Shown in pieces: positions 49,875-64,000 of a stretch of DNA of 64,000 nucleotides. This DNA comes from Ptychomitrium polyphyllum (Eukaryota). The notes beneath the pieces were generated by a model, which saw only the letters and a list, made by a program, of their open reading frames with translations, searched no databases and had not been told where the DNA came from. Every line of letters starts with the position of its first letter. The stretch's first letter is position 1. The stretch lies in contig OZ316776.1 in the NCBI GenBank assembly GCA_973851085.1, positions 9,176,001 to 9,240,000 of the forward strand, read 5' to 3'. The translations under genes were made by a program, and so were the position numbers.

Positions 49875-51338
49875 CTCGTTGCGACGAGTTATTAGTTGGA
49901 AGTTGGTTGGCTGGCGCTAGAATGTGGCCGACAGGACTCAGATCCATGACCACAGTATTTGGTTTCTTTGGGCGAGATACTGTCTTGGTGGGCGAGTGTG
50001 CGTTGGCAGTTGGATTCTCACAAACTTCAGTGGGTGGATGTCCTTCAGCACGTTTCTTGTGCCAAGCTGCATCTGTGACTGGATGGAAGCCCAGCTCTGG
50101 ATGGGACTCTCCCCACGATGAGCCACTAGGATGTGCCGTGGCAGTGGCGCTTTGCTGTGTAAAGATGTTGGAAAAACGAGTCTTTTCTGAAATTTAAAAT
50201 TTTATTTGATTTTGTTTTTTTGGTTATGGAGTGGTTTTTTGATTTTGAAGGATATAAACGTTTTGGGATTTGATAGTTTTAGAACTTGTGAAGCCACCAA
50301 TATGTACCCTTGGTTGAGAGCTTTTTGACGACACTAAAAACACCTCCATTGGTATTACAATTTGAAAGATCTGGATTATTGTTAGGAAAAATAAATGTAA
50401 TAGATTCTTTCTCTTAATATGAATGTTTAATTCACTTTTCTTCCTATTTCATTTGAAAAATAAGGTGTTTTTTTGTATAATTTATATCTTAGAATTTGGA
50501 TTTGCTCAACCACCATCTACTATTTGGATGCTTGATATTTTAAGATTAAAACTTAACATTTTTGTGAATAGTGGCATTTGTAATTTGGAACTATTGAAGT
50601 TAAAAAAGTAAATTTACAAAATACATTTCAATTAACAACGTAGTCTATAATTTCTCAGCTCTAAAGAATGGACGAGAGAGCCCAATGAAAAAAAAAGCAA
50701 ATATATTGATGAATGAAATCATGCAAAAATGCCAGATTGGACCTTTTTGGGGTTAATATACAGGAAGTGAAATTTGTTTAATATCTAATGCAGTATGTAT
50801 GGTGACAGCTGGGGTGTTCCTAGCAGCACGCTCATTTTCTCAAAACCGATTGGAATGTGCATTCAGCTCTCACTTGTTACGAAACTGAAGTAATCAAGAA
50901 GAAGAAAACCAAATGGATTCAAGGCCAGGAGTATAAGGGAAACAGGAGAAAAGAAGAGAACAGCTCCGAAGCCAACTTGAAATCTCAGTGGATGGAGAAC
51001 CAAGGGATGAACGACTTCTGGAGCGCCAACGACGAACGAATGAGTCCGACGACTGGCTTCGGCCGTCGAAGCTTCGGAAATGGGGTGCGTCACGGTCATA
51101 GACCCCATGCCTCGCGAACATGATTGTTCGTAAGGATTCATAAGGAACACTGTCAGTTAGACGTCTATGGTGATGTGTGAGAATGATAAGAGCGAGAGAA
51201 TACATGTTATTTGAGCGCTGGATTCATGAAGATGCTTATGGAGTGTGTGAGGAATGTGATACTCTTTCCAGATCATGGATTGTTTTAGTCCCGGATGCAA
51301 TTGTGTGGTGTTTTAATTAGGCGGATTGAGAAGCAAGG

Positions 51339-51740
51339 ATGTGGTTCTCCAATGTGGTGGGGAGTAAGCTGAAGCTGAAAGGGAAGGCGGGGGCCATTAT
51401 GAAGAAGAAGCAACGGAGAGATACACAGGAGCAGATTCGGTTGCTGGCAGAAAGAGAAGGAACTGAAGGGGAAGGTAACGACTCATCTGAAGCAGAACTG
51501 TGTCTCTAAATGGGTGGAGATGGTGGTGGTGAAGAAGGAAGCGAGAAGCGAGAAGCTCGTCCATCCGATGACCGCATGACTCCTGCAGAGAGAAGATACC
51601 ACGAGCAGAAAGCAAAATCGGATGAACGACGTTTGGCTAAACTGACCACCAAGATTCATCAGCAGAGACTGCAGGAGTTTAATCAATATTCAGCCAATCT
51701 TAGAGAGCATTTTGACATTCCCAAGGTCGGTCCTGGTAAA
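51339..51740 (+). pseudogene. FAM32A: FAM32A-like (DUF1754) gene, probably disabled
   Basis: Reads MWFSNVVGSKLKLKGK...CL*MGG...MTPAERRYHEQK...HQQRLQEFNQYSANLREHFDIPKVGPG. There is an in-frame TAA at 51507-51509, and no stop after the terminal KVGPG motif (GGT AAA). Confidence 0.75.
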
Positions 51741-52442
51741 GGTGGTGGGGATGGATGTACTTTGTTACAGTTGGTTACAGGGTGCTCAAGGTTGGGTACT
51801 TGCACAGGATTGGTCTTTCTAATTTTGTATCAGCTCGGTGACATTGGGATTTCAGTTTACCCGTTGTTGTAAGAGGTTCATCGACATCAGAACATGATAC
51901 TTCGATTAAGGTGATGTATTCGGCTTTCAGGATCAGCTAAGCGTCTCAGAAAATCTGCAAAGAAGCTACCACCGGAATCACAAACGTTGCAAATTATTGA
52001 ACTTCGAACTCCTCATATTTATCACAGTAAACCACAGCAGTTCTCGATCCTACGAGAAGTGACATACAAGTTCAAGGATTGTAATTCAGCAACCACTCTA
52101 AACTTGATACTCACATATGTAGTAGTGCTAAATTAGTTTTGCTAAGCGATACATACAATAAACAAGTAAAAGCTTCGATTTTATAAACACAACTTTCGTT
52201 TTTCTTTATATACTATCAGAAAACACGCGGTACTTTAATCTACTTTAATACACAATCATTCACAATGACGTAAGTTGCGACTGTATGCGAACTACATGCA
52301 AAACAAAAAGAGCAGCTAGATAAAAGGTGTGCATTCTCCTCCTTGGCCACAATCTAACCAGTACAATACAGGAAACTTCCCCACTGGAGAAACAGAAGGC
52401 AGATGTCAATCACAGGAGTGAAGTTGCAAGTTTTCAGCAGGC

Positions 52443-53888
52443 CTACTTTCCGCTGCCAAGATTCCCTATGCCGCGGTTATCATAGAAATCCACTGGAGTT
52501 TCCCCTGCAATCCCCTTCTCAGCGACCACTCTCATTGCCTTGGCTACCGAAGTGATGCCGATGGCGGCTTTTCCACTAAAAAGGAAATTTAAGGGCTTGT
52601 GTACCGCGACCGCAATGGCCTCGCCAAGTCTTTGCTTCTCTCGCTTCTCGCCATCATACACAAGGAGTCCAGGTCGAAAGATGGACAATTTCGCAAACCC
52701 TAACTCAGTAATATGCTGCTCCAACAGACCCTTTGTCTTAGGGTACAGCATGAAAGAGCTGGCGGAAGCCCCTCCACTCGACAGGAGACAGAAATGGAGG
52801 GATTTCGATGGGTTTGCCTCCTTAAACAAACCTGCAACACGGAGTGGGATGTCGTGGTCGATCTTGATGAACTGCTCAGGGGTTCCAGCGTCTTTTGCTG
52901 TAGTCCCCATGGTATTGAACCCCACATCAAGATTCTCTAGCAACGCTTTGTGCTCATCAATCTTATCGAAGTCCACCACATGTTGATCTAGTTTCTCCTT
53001 ACCAGGGCCATCGTATGCCACCACTCGCCGGCCCAGAGTCACGATCCGGCTAAACTGTTCTGATTGTGCGAGCTCCGCAACAAGCTTCCTGCCCACCATC
53101 CCTGAAGTTCAAACCTCCCAACCAATTCAATCGAGTGCAAAAACATCTTGAAATTCTTTAATTCTTGAGATGGATAGCAAGCAAAGTTTATGCCTTAAAT
53201 CGTTGCTTTAAGTTAAAGGCTGAAATGAGTATAAACTATAATAAAAACTGAAATGGAAAACTATAATATATCAGTAGCTACCAAAGAAAATACACTAAAT
53301 AGTCCTTGTGAGCTACTTAGACAAGCAGACATAGAATTACACAACAGTGATAAACACCTTGTAGATCCAGTATCCTAAGGTAAAGCAAAAGCGGAATAGA
53401 GAATTCAGTATTACAAGGAGCTGCAACTACAGTACACTAAGTATTACATAAGGATGTGGGAGAGCAACAATGTGATTTAACCACTGGAATGGGACACATT
53501 ATCGCCAAATAAGACATAACAGTGAGACACTTCCCTAAGTTCTTCCATCTCTTCCTGTCCCTCCCTTCTTCTCAAAAGAGTATTTCACAAGATCTGGTGT
53601 TCATTATCTTGTACGCCATTACACATTTTAACTATGTATCTCAAACTGAATTAAGTTGAAAATACGACGGTGACCATTAATATTTGAGGGAATGGAGAAG
53701 AAGTGCGGTCCAAGAATACTATAACCCACAACTACACTATTCAGTGTACTGATTCCAACCATCAAGAACCAGAGAGAAATTCGACATCATCAACTGGCGA
53801 CAGACTGGTGCAGAATGAGGAGCATACCGGTGCCGCCGATGATGAAAGCGGCCATAGGGGCACACGATGCTTGCTCCGTTGTTGTCAT
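52443..53888 (-). CDS. HTATIP2: TIP30/HTATIP2-like NAD(P)-binding atypical SDR oxidoreductase, 2 coding exons
   Basis: Exon 53888-53828 (MTTTEQASCAPMAAFIIGGT G|) plus exon 53101-52443 reconstitute the Rossmann motif GGTGMVG. Other motifs: LGRR, VDFDK, GTT..DAG..EQF.KIDHD, SSFMLYPKTKG (YxxxK), IFRPGLL. Confidence 0.88.
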
Positions 53889-56501
53889 AAGACCTCGCTT
53901 ATCCTCCACGCTACAAAACCCTAACCCCCTGAATTCTCCGTCGTCTGCACCAATACAACCACGCAAAACTCAAACGTCAAAACAACCCAGGAAGCAGAGT
54001 AGTCCCTCCTCCTACTCCTCGCTCGACCTGCGAATCCACGCTTGAGGCAAATGCATCCCGCGTTATGCCAGCAAATGAGATCATGACCAAACAACACAAA
54101 AACCCAACAACCATCCCATCCACAACAATGCAGAAACCTGACCGCAGGTTTCCAGAGCGTGCACGTAGGAGATCACCACCACAGCACCAACCCAAGTGAT
54201 CAGCCATTGCCAAACTCCTAAACCCATGCCAACCTCCAAAACTAAATCTGGAATCAAATTTGAACCTCAGCCCTTGCGAAGATACACGCAAATCCAAAAG
54301 TTAAAATGTTTCTAAACTCCTAAACTCATTAAAATTTTGCACTTCGGTTGTATTCTACAATAAAGCCTGCTAACACAGTCCTCGGGATCTGCTTGCTCGG
54401 GCTGGTGTATCTATTCTATAAGGTGATCAATTGAGCAGTCAACGATAACTTACTACAAATGGGCATACAAGAGTGCACCTCCTTGCAAGCAGCAGCACAT
54501 GTGAATTCTTGTAAGAGTTTGGGATCAAGTTGTACCTGGCGTAAGAGATGGGAGAGCTTGGCCTGTCTCGGGTGGCGATGGTGTGTGAAGCCTGGGAGTC
54601 ACGACGAGCTTCTTCCAAGGCAGCAATGTTGTCAATTTTCAACACACCCGTCCAAGAGAAGAATCGCCACAGTATGACACTAATATCACCTAGGTATTGG
54701 CGGAATAGTTGATGTTGTGCGCCTCCGGACTCCTCAGGAAGTGCTTGTCGGTGTTTGTTGTTGCAAAGCGAAGCCTGAGGAGCGGAGCCATCAAATGCAC
54801 ACTGGGATTCTCTTGGTGATGCTGGAAGAATTGACCCTGAAGCATTGTTAAGTTGCTGTGGAGATATATCAAGCCCTTGGGTACAGTTCTGTGAAATCAC
54901 TGTGGGGCCAGGATAAGTGTGAGCACGACATTATTTGCTGGTGCTGGAATCTGCAAAACCTGTGTTTTTTTTAAGGATATCTAGGTCTAAACCTTGAAAT
55001 GTTTGTTTTTGGTAACTTTGCTAGAGTTGGGCGCGTTGTATAGAAATTACATTTTACTGCAAAAAGATTTTACATTTTTGGGTAAGATATCCAACGGGTT
55101 CTAAAGAAAGCTTGCTTCTGTGAAGATTCTACAGCGCACAGCAATTTTGGAACACAGCATTTTTGACCCTAGTTTTTTCGTAAATGGCCCGTTTATTTGT
55201 AGCCTAACAAATGGGAATAGAGATAACTGTAGAAAACTGGGTGCCTCTGCTTTTTAGCCCAACTGACGACTCAGCTGTGACGATGGTCATGGTGCGTCCA
55301 GATTCCAGCCTTCAACGAACTGGAATCCCAAAACCAAAGCTCCTAGCTTTGAGGTCTGGCCTTGTCGTCACCAAGTGTAACTTGGGTGCTGAATTCCGTT
55401 AATTTGGCCTCTTATCACAGCCTGTGCTGCATGGGACTCTGGGAGCCAGCTTCAACTTTGCACGCGTGAGTTCCCCATGTCACAGTGCTAACTTAGTATT
55501 ACAGTGGAATTCTCGTTTGTTGAATTCCTAAGTTGTCTTTGAGAAACAGGAGGGGAGGGGAGGGGATCACTCTGAGTTTGTGGGGCTGGGATTCAGGGGT
55601 TCCGTGTGAACTCCAGCTTGGTTTTCTGGATCTTTTGTCTTTGATATCTATATTCTAGTTGTCTTTTTCACGGATTGCGTTTTTGCCGGGAAGAATTTTT
55701 TTGAGTATGACCTGGAGAATTCTCGGTCTGCTTCTTTCCAACTCCGCGCTGGATTGAGGCGGCATATTGTGTGGCTTGAGTGTAATGAAATCATCTTGCG
55801 TTGGTGATGTGTTCTTTTGTGCAGGAGTTAGGCTTTCGAAACCTACTTTTGTGAGGTGAAGAGTTGGAATTGGATGCGAGAGAGCTCAATTTACTACCAC
55901 AATCCGCAACTCTGAGGGTTTCAACGGTGAGGTAAGTTTATGTGACTCCGCTCTGAATTTTATGAGTTTCGAGTAAAATCCTGTGATAGAATTCAAGTAG
56001 GGTTACAGGATGTAGAGATTTGACAGAGTTGAATTTGAGCCAGAATTAATTCAGCGGGACGTCATAGCTGGATCTTGTTTTGTGACATGTCGTGGTGGAT
56101 GTTTTTGCTTTCGAGCACTAATATTCAGCGTCCACAATGAAGCTTTTCTTTTCTTGCATTTGTGTTGTGCATCTTGCTTTGTGGTCAGTCGTGAGGATTC
56201 TGCATTTCTCAGGTCCTTTTTTGTAGAATGATCAAAAGGGAATACTGCTTCCCGGATGTAGGTTTAGAACGTGTATTAATTGACAGCTTAGTTAGAAACC
56301 TTGTCCACTTGATTTATAAAAGGTTAGATGTTACACTTTTAAGTGGTTTCTTTATCTTGCACTTCCCAAGCAGGCACATTCTCGGTCAGCAAACTTGTCA
56401 ATATGTCATCACCGGGAATGCACCATTTAATGCTGTTGCTCTTCACCCTCAAAATGGATAATCTTCACATCTAAGATCATTGTGATACAGGGTCACATGC
56501 T

Positions 56502-58677
56502 ATGAATCAGTCAGCTTTCTCGTGCACATTGGCAGCCTCATCTTGTCCAGTTAGGTTTTCCAAGGCAATTCCAGAATACTCTTGGCACAACTCTTGGCAT
56601 CATGATGTGTCGAACATTCACATACGGTTGGAGGGAGCTACAGCTCGTTACAAAGCAAATCTTATAACTACTATCAGATGTAGGCAAAACCCCATTTTAT
56701 TCCGTGTTCCAGGGTTGCAAAAGAACAGCAATCTAGGGATACAGCCATGTCCTGGTCTTCGCCGTTACTCAAGACAGTGTAACACTTGTCGACAGAACTT
56801 CAAGGTATGGAAAGAAGAGGCTGCCTAACGTTCCTCGGAACTACACTGACCTTTTGTTGGAAGTAGGTTATGCCTAATAAAAAATGAATTACCAAGCTTG
56901 TTTTCTGCAAAATGGTAAACGTTACCCTTGAAGAAAATGGTGTACATTTTGTCTTGGAATCTTTCTTGAGAGTTAGCATGCTCTTTGAGAGAGAGAGAGA
57001 GAGACTAGAGCAGATTGGGAGTATCCATATGTTTAACAATCGGGTCCCTGCATTTGGTACTGCAGGTTGTTCGCGCATCGTTTGATGATGAGTTTCGGTC
57101 GTCACAAAGCATAGCACTCGGTTTACATAGGCGCTATAAGAGTGTTGTTCAAAGTGGCGTTACAGACAACTTACGTGTAAGTTTTTTCTTCAACACTCAT
57201 TGACTTTTTTCCTTGATATTCGGATGAGTTTATTCGTTAGCAGTGATTATTTTTTCCGTGTGTTATTTCCATTGAGCATCCCAGTCAACGTTGTATCTGT
57301 CGACTCGCTTTCAAGACCATGTTTGGATGCTTTGAGAGATGTTGCATGGTCTACAGGTTTTTAGTATATGTGTGATTGTTCACAGATCTTGAGGCATAGA
57401 TATAACATATGGCAGTCGTTAGGATAAATTGCATCTTGATTTATAATGCTCTATACAGTAACAAGGTTAACAATGTATTTTGGACATATCTGCAGGATTT
57501 TATAGATGCAGGAGTGACCGCATATGCAGTAGGCTGCACCACTGAAGATTTGCATAAGGAGCTGCTGGATGTTGGTGCAAGTGGGGATCTGAAAGATACC
57601 ACTGCTGTATCAAGTGGCTCTGTTGGGATTAAGTCCAAACTGACAGCCGAGGAGGTTCAGTTTTAATCCATTTTATTCGTTGTTTGAAGGTTTAGCTAAG
57701 CTGATGGCAGACTTGTTAGGTTTTCAGGACTTCTTAATTTACGTCATTAAATCATCACCTTAAGACTAGTTTCAAAACTATGATTAACTGTTAGAAGGCA
57801 ACACATTTGCAGAAATGTTTTCCCCCCTTCAATGTGTACGTAATTCTCTATTCAAGTTGTCAGGTTGATTTCATGCTCTTACGTAAAGCAGTGGCTGAAT
57901 ATTAATGTTTGCTGTGGAGCGCAAGTAGGTGGAGGAATGTATTCTATGGACTTCGATACTGTTTATAACTATTCTATGCACACCACAACCCACAGTAGTG
58001 CGTTGGTCAAGTACCCCTCCTGTTACTGTAGAGGCTCAGGTTCAGTGGCGTGGCTTTTGTGAGTTAATTGCTAATGCATACTACGAACGTGGCATGGCTT
58101 GGTGAGTTTATTTGGTTCATTAACCTTACAAGTTAAAATTTTCAGTTCAATAATCATCTTTTGTACACTATTCTAGAATATGTTCGAGGCTAAGTAGCAT
58201 TAATTGGTGCTAGAGAGACGTTCACGGTGCTAGAAAGGTCACATGGGTTGAATGGTAATTTCAAGGTTAAATATATATTTCCTACAGATCTTTTCAGCTT
58301 CGACTTGCCTGTCCTTAGAACATATGGGCGGTGATAGTTAATTTGACTTCTGTGAAACAGGATGCCAGTCAAAACACTTCAGATGGAGCAAATGGCTGTT
58401 GCTGGGTATGCTGAAGAGCCTTCTTTAGTTGCTGACCGCATGCGCTTAGTGTTTGCCACACTTGAGGTACAGCCCTTGCTCACTGCTCTTGATCCCATAT
58501 TGAGAGTATTTCCTTGAGGGTGGCATCACCAGAGAATTCCTCATCACTGCATTGGGCATTAGAGACAGCTCTCGCAATTTTTGTATGCTCTGTGAACTGC
58601 AGATATTTGTATCATTTTCACTCCACTTGGTGTTGTACTCTATCCAGGTAGTGAGTCCACAATGGCCTAAAAGATAA
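56502..58677 (+). CDS. Uncharacterised conserved plant protein, 6 coding exons, probable N-terminal transit peptide
   Basis: Exons 56502-56804, 57066-57176, 57496-57654, ~57929-58101, 58361-58466 and 58648-58677 splice in frame: ...VVRASFDDEFRSSQSIALGLHRRY...DFIDAGVTAYAVGCT...EECILWTSILFITILCTPQPTVVRWSSTPPV...WRGFCELIANAYYERGMAWMPVKTLQMEQMAV...VADRMRLVFATLEVVSPQWPKR*. Likely 5' UTR exons at ~55.4 and 55.8-55.9 kb. Confidence 0.82.
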
Positions 58678-61600
58678 GGAGGCTGGAGAGTAGGAGCCAC
58701 CGCTTCGACCAGACCCTGACTGGAATGGACGAGGCACATCTGTATGATTATATATTGGTTTACATGAACAAAAAAACATATGCGTATGTTGTGTAAGATT
58801 CAGTTGCATCTGTCTCAAACAGGGTGGGTTGATCATTCAGCCTTGTAGTAATCTGATTTGTAAGTCTGACTCTGGTTTCGTTGTAAACCGTTGAATGGTC
58901 GCTCTATTTTTCTAGTCAACGGCGCGCAATAGGTATTGCTTAGCAAGACAGAACAGGACACAGGATTCTCAGAAGATATCTTTGGTCTCTATATTGCAGC
59001 TAATTCTATCCTTTAACCCCAAAGTGACTAGAACTATGAGTTGAAACAAATCAACTAGGAAGCATAAATGAAGGAAGTGCCTAATAGTAGTAGAAGGAAG
59101 AGAATGTTCTATGTTGTTGGCTAGTTGGTTAGTGTTGATCCTTCCAAAAAGCTTCAATTACTTGTGTTTTTTTGGAGCAAATTAAGGAGGATAATTCCAG
59201 GAACTTAACACAATTACATGATTACTACAGATTTTAGGCTTGCTTGAACATTTTTGATAGTTCGTTTCGCACTCTGCTTCTCTTCACCAATAACACTAGC
59301 TCTTAACCGCTTTGGGTTTGCGTGCTCTGAGCAAGCACTTATCTAACATAATTCTAAAACACCTTCCTATATGGACCAGCAGATAAAGGCTTGTTTGCAA
59401 ACCTCGTGCTAGACCTCACATTGATGACTTTTATTGTGATAATTGTCATTATATGATGATTGTGACTTATAATGTTTGGTAATACGGTCAATAGCATCTT
59501 TGTGGATTCAATGGCACCTATCTACTCTTCTTCTTAGATACACTTGTACTAATTCTGTCCGAGACTTGTCGGTCACATCGTGTACCTAGGTAGACTTGGT
59601 ATCTGCTCCAAAATCAAGGTTTTACAGTTTCTCAGGAAACGGTGGCAGCATGCACAGCTCGTTTCATTACACTAACTTGCTTGTTTTGCTTGACTTGCTT
59701 CAAATACGTACAGAAAGAAAAAAATTTAATGCCTTTGACGTACAGTTGGAACTCAGACCATTCTTGTCTGAGAGCTTGGCAACAGTAGTCGGTGCAAGTT
59801 GTGTGCAGGATCACCTCTTCTCTGGTATGTGAGCTTTCCAAGTTTAAAGCATCTTTTTAACTTTTGTGGATTTCTTTTAAATCCTACACCGAAGTATCTC
59901 TCGTTTCTAATGAAAATTTGGCTTTCATGCAGAATTCAAGCCGTGGAGAAGAGCTTGGGTGAACTTACATTCTACCTATCCTTCCAAGGGGTCATGAAAA
60001 TAGCATCTCAAGAGTTCGTCTTTGCATGAGTTTCAAAAGTTTGTAATGTCCATCCACAAACACAGGGTTCAACCAACTTTTTCTAAGAATGCTTTTCTTT
60101 CAAAACTGTGTTAATTTTTTGGACACAATTTAGAAGCATTTCATCAAGGTATGACTCATTATTTTTTTTTGGTCTAAATTAAATCAACAAGTCTTTTGCT
60201 CATTAATAATACATGTTTTTGCATTTACTTTATGTACCTACTATATTAGATCCCACCTATGGCTTTTGTATTCCAAATCGGCATCATTAGATGTTGTAAC
60301 ACGTTGCTCCTTTGAATACAAAATGTTACCAAATTTGATAAATTGAAAATTTAAGCAATATTTGAACATGCTGCCATACCAGAAAATCTGGAATTTTTTT
60401 CTATGCCTACTATTTATTAGATTTTTATGAGATACTTGTGACTTCTTTTGTGTGGATAGGTTAGTTTAGGCTTTGTGTGATAAGGTTTTTTTAAGGTTTA
60501 TAAGATAGTGAATATAATTAAAAATTTACTAATTTGTTGATAAACTAATTTTGGATTTTATAAATGATATTTTATTGGCTGTTTATAAGGCTACATAACA
60601 TTAAAAACAATATTATTCAAGAAACACCATATATGTAATTGAGTTTTGATTAAGGATGAAATATGGCCATTGCATCTTATGGACTATTGCATGTTTAAAT
60701 TTGATTCAACCATTACACCTTTTTGAGCTTCAATAATAATTTTGTTTTAAAAAAAACAATGCAATAACGTACAATATATCTTTGAAGGTTATTTAAAATT
60801 TTTATTATTAGCTTAAGATGTGGACTAACATCATTTTGAATTTTCTTCAAATAACATGTGTTTTGTATTGAATTTAATACACCCATTCCAATAGATTTTG
60901 AAAATGTAACTTTCCCTTATTTTAAAAGGAGTGCTTAATTAAATTAGAAAGACAACTTTAAAAAATAAGGATTCCACTAAACATTAACTTTTTGTAGATT
61001 TTGGACCATTAAATCCATAGAGAATCACTTTCATTTAGGCCATTATCATAATGTTGTAGCTTTTAATTTAAATATTACAATTATTAGTCGAAATTAGCTA
61101 GATGATGGTGATATCCAAAATTTTAAGCAACAACTCCTTTGAGATGAAGGATCTCTTTAAGAATTTAGCATCTAATACTCCAAAATTCACCAAAATATCC
61201 TAATCTAATAAAAATGCATAAAATCAAATTCTTGTTTAACACTTCCTTTAAATATCCATGTCTCAACATTTAATGAACTTTATTAACCAGTGTCTAAGTT
61301 TGAACTGTCTAATGATATCACTGTTATAAATTCATGTCTCCATTTTATCTAAAATCTTTGGTAACTGCTGTCATTTCAGTCGTTGACAAGGCTGCTAGGA
61401 ACTAAAATGTAATCACTCTTTCACATACATAGTGACTCTTTTGTTTTATGTTTCGCTTTTAGCATGTTCAGCATAGAAGCATTTGAGTGAGAATAACTTA
61501 CGACGTATAAGTTTCGAAAATGATTATACTCAATAATAGCACGAGTGTGCCGATTTATGGCGGTAATAGTTCTCCCTGCAACCAGTATATAAGTCGTGCA

Positions 61601-62140
61601 GGATCCACGGAGAAATGTTGATCCTCACTTCTACTGCATTACTTGCAGGCTTGCAGTGGGGCTTGCAGCACGTCCCACAAAAGTCAAGGACGCAGGCATC
61701 TCAAGTATCCACATATTGCGTTAACTTTAACCTGAAACAACGCTGAATCTAATTTTACAGGCTCCAGATGGCAATGTGTCAGCCGTAATACTCCCTCACT
61801 GTGGTAGGAAAAGGGATTCGGTTATGTTCAAAATAAAAGGTAAAATAGAATGGAAAGCGTATCCGAGTCACAAGGTATGGATTGCAAACTCGTGCGTCTC
61901 TGTGGGATGGATTTGTCAGCTTAAATCAGTTAGCGGAAATCGGTAACAGCTCAGTGAACAGATTTTGAGCCGACTGTTCCCATTCTACGGTCACAAAGGA
62001 ACACTGTAGTGACTGCGAACCTTTTCTTTTGGGGGACAGTCCTAATCTACACTGATGTTTGTTCAAGTGAGTGGTCAGGTCGACTCTTGAGTCGACACAA
62101 GAATATCGGAGTTGGGAGCTCATTACGAGGTTTGGAAGCC

Positions 62141-62337
62141 TGTAGGCAAGGAATGTGGGCATGTAAGTGTTAAAGATATAGCTTTGATACTGTCGGCAGC
62201 AAAGATGCTGACGACTGACATGTGCGACGTCAGTGAACTGTAGGCGAGGAATGTGGGCATGTACGTGTTAAAGATATAGTTTTGATACTGTCGGCAGCAA
62301 GGCTGCAGACGACTGACATGTGCAACGTCAGTGAGCT
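62141..62337. repeat. Diverged tandem duplication, ~98-bp period, 2 copies
   Basis: TGTAGGC(A/G)AGGAATGTGGGCATGTA...GACGTCAGTGA occurs twice with scattered substitutions. Confidence 0.85.
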
Positions 62338-64000
62338 GATGTAATACTGTATTGGTAGCCACACTGCCCAGATTGAGCTCGAATACTCTGATATATTGTA
62401 TCACTGAACATTGTGCCGAACGAGGGGAAAGATCGTCTTGTAATGAAGAAAGATATCAAGATCATTTTTCGACTCCTTTGCACGCGAGTCACTCATAGCA
62501 CGTACCAGCAGCGTGGGTTGTCACGAGTCAAAGGGATAAAAGCAGTGCTGCATTACTGGGGAGAACCCTGCATCATTTAGAAACTTGTACTATTGTGATG
62601 ATTTTGCATCACGTCCGCGTCATGCGGCATAGCTGTTCCCGGCCACATTCCCACTTGCAGGCCGCAGTACTGCTCCGAATCGAGCTGGTGGAATATGTTT
62701 TTTCCTTATGAAATCGGGTATTCATTTGAAAAAGAGAGCGAATAGTGAATCGAGCAGGAATATGTTGTCAACAAGCAAGTTACATGTTCACTACCAACTA
62801 ATTGACAGAGATGCTGTCATCGTTCAAGGTTGAGCAGGACGTGGGGCTCATTTCGAAAATTACTTGATCAAGTTTAAATTTAAGTCAATAATTGGATTGG
62901 ATGATTTGACGTTTAAATGGTACGGTTACACTGCAATTATAAATCTTGGATGCTTTAGCTCATTAGGTTGTTGGTGGCCCTCACCAATCATCTGGCTTGA
63001 GTATACCCTACAAGCATAGTTCAAGATATATGTACTAATCACAGAGTTAAATAGCGGCTGCGATACCGTATGTATACTTTACCAATATATACATCCACCA
63101 CCAAAATCATGACTGGAATCATCAACAATCGTATTTAATTTGACAAATTGTCAGAGAGTTCCAGTAGTAATCGGATTATTCGTTTGTTAGGTACATCGAT
63201 TTCAAAGTCTCCTACCGATCAGCTTGATATTCAGCTATCACTAAGTTCAACCCGAATTTCCTGATACCGAAAGGTGTCACTGATAGACAAAATACTCGAT
63301 CGCGATTCAAAAGGCATTGGATTCAACGAGCCGAAACTTCCGTGGTTTTGGTAAGGTTGGTCAATCAATACTATCCGAGTCAAGACAAAGAATTAGGTGC
63401 AGTCTAGAAATTCACGTAGGAGGATATCATACCTCAGAACGTGCTGATTCCTGGCTAATAATCCAACCTAGTGACAGTCATAAGTCATGACCGGAACCAG
63501 GTTGACCTCAGTCAGTTAAGCTAAATGCCGTGGAAAATCTCATCGTCCTTTTCATTCAGAAAATGTCTCAGTTTCATTGGAAACTGAAGCGGAAAGCCGC
63601 GATTGTGAACTCGTAGTCAAGTCTGGGTGGTCAAAAATGGATAACAAATTCAGGATATCTTGTCTGAACGAAAGCTGTTTCTTTTGAATTCTAGAATCTG
63701 GTAGATATATGTTGAAAGTATATTTGGCATGATTCTATACAAGCGCATGACTCCGCACGAGCGCCCCGTAATCCCCATCAGCAACTTGTACGTATCAGTG
63801 GCCGGGGCACGTCTCGAATATGCCGTTGTAAGTTTGAGGATTTGATACTGAGGCGAGAAAGGTACAGTTAAAGGACACAAAATGCAGTGGTTGAGTTTGA
63901 TCATCAATTCGAGGCAAAGAGCTATTGCCGCATCCTCTTCGTGGACACGAGTTGTCCGTCCCTACTGATGCTAATTTTGACACAGTGAGCTCTGTAGCTC

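Noticed and set aside
54439..54900. 153-aa minus-strand ORF between divergent genes
   Set aside because: No recognisable motif or exon structure on either strand.
55874..55914. Short upstream ATG frame in a probable 5' UTR exon of the 56.5-58.7 kb gene
   Set aside because: The transcript structure is unverified, and short uORFs are common by chance.
61500..64000. Moderate-GC region that looks like decayed coding sequence
   Set aside because: All frames are interrupted and no family could be recognised by eye. A BLASTx or profile search would be needed.

Overview
Eukaryotic, intron-rich plant genomic DNA, most likely a moss or other bryophyte (inferred from the H2B protein sequence and the chromovirus type), with one 200-N scaffold gap at 2537-2736. 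It contains a LARP6 gene whose 5' exons lie on the minus strand left of the gap while its La/RRM/LSA exons lie on the plus strand right of it. There are three single-intron histone H2B genes, two of which form a ~1.4 kb near-identical inverted duplication 32 kb apart. A nest of decayed Ty3/gypsy chromoviruses occupies ~14.4-28.3 kb. Other genes: a ~10 kb multi-exon gene for a conserved uncharacterised membrane-anchored plant protein, a YGSN-motif (GGCT-like/HDA5 C-terminal-like) gene, a FAM32A pseudogene, a TIP30/HTATIP2-like reductase and an uncharacterised plant-specific gene. The most striking signal is a 16-nt hairpin (GG-first 6-bp stem, 4-nt loop, A-Y-C-A tail) 37-50 nt after the stop codon of all three H2B genes. 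It is kept with compensatory changes between paralogues whose UTRs otherwise do not align. This is the geometry of the metazoan/green-algal histone 3' stem-loop, which land plants are generally considered to lack. The same genes carry repeated E2F/CDE plus CHR-like (TTTGAA) promoter modules. All calls come from reading the sequence by eye; no searches were run.
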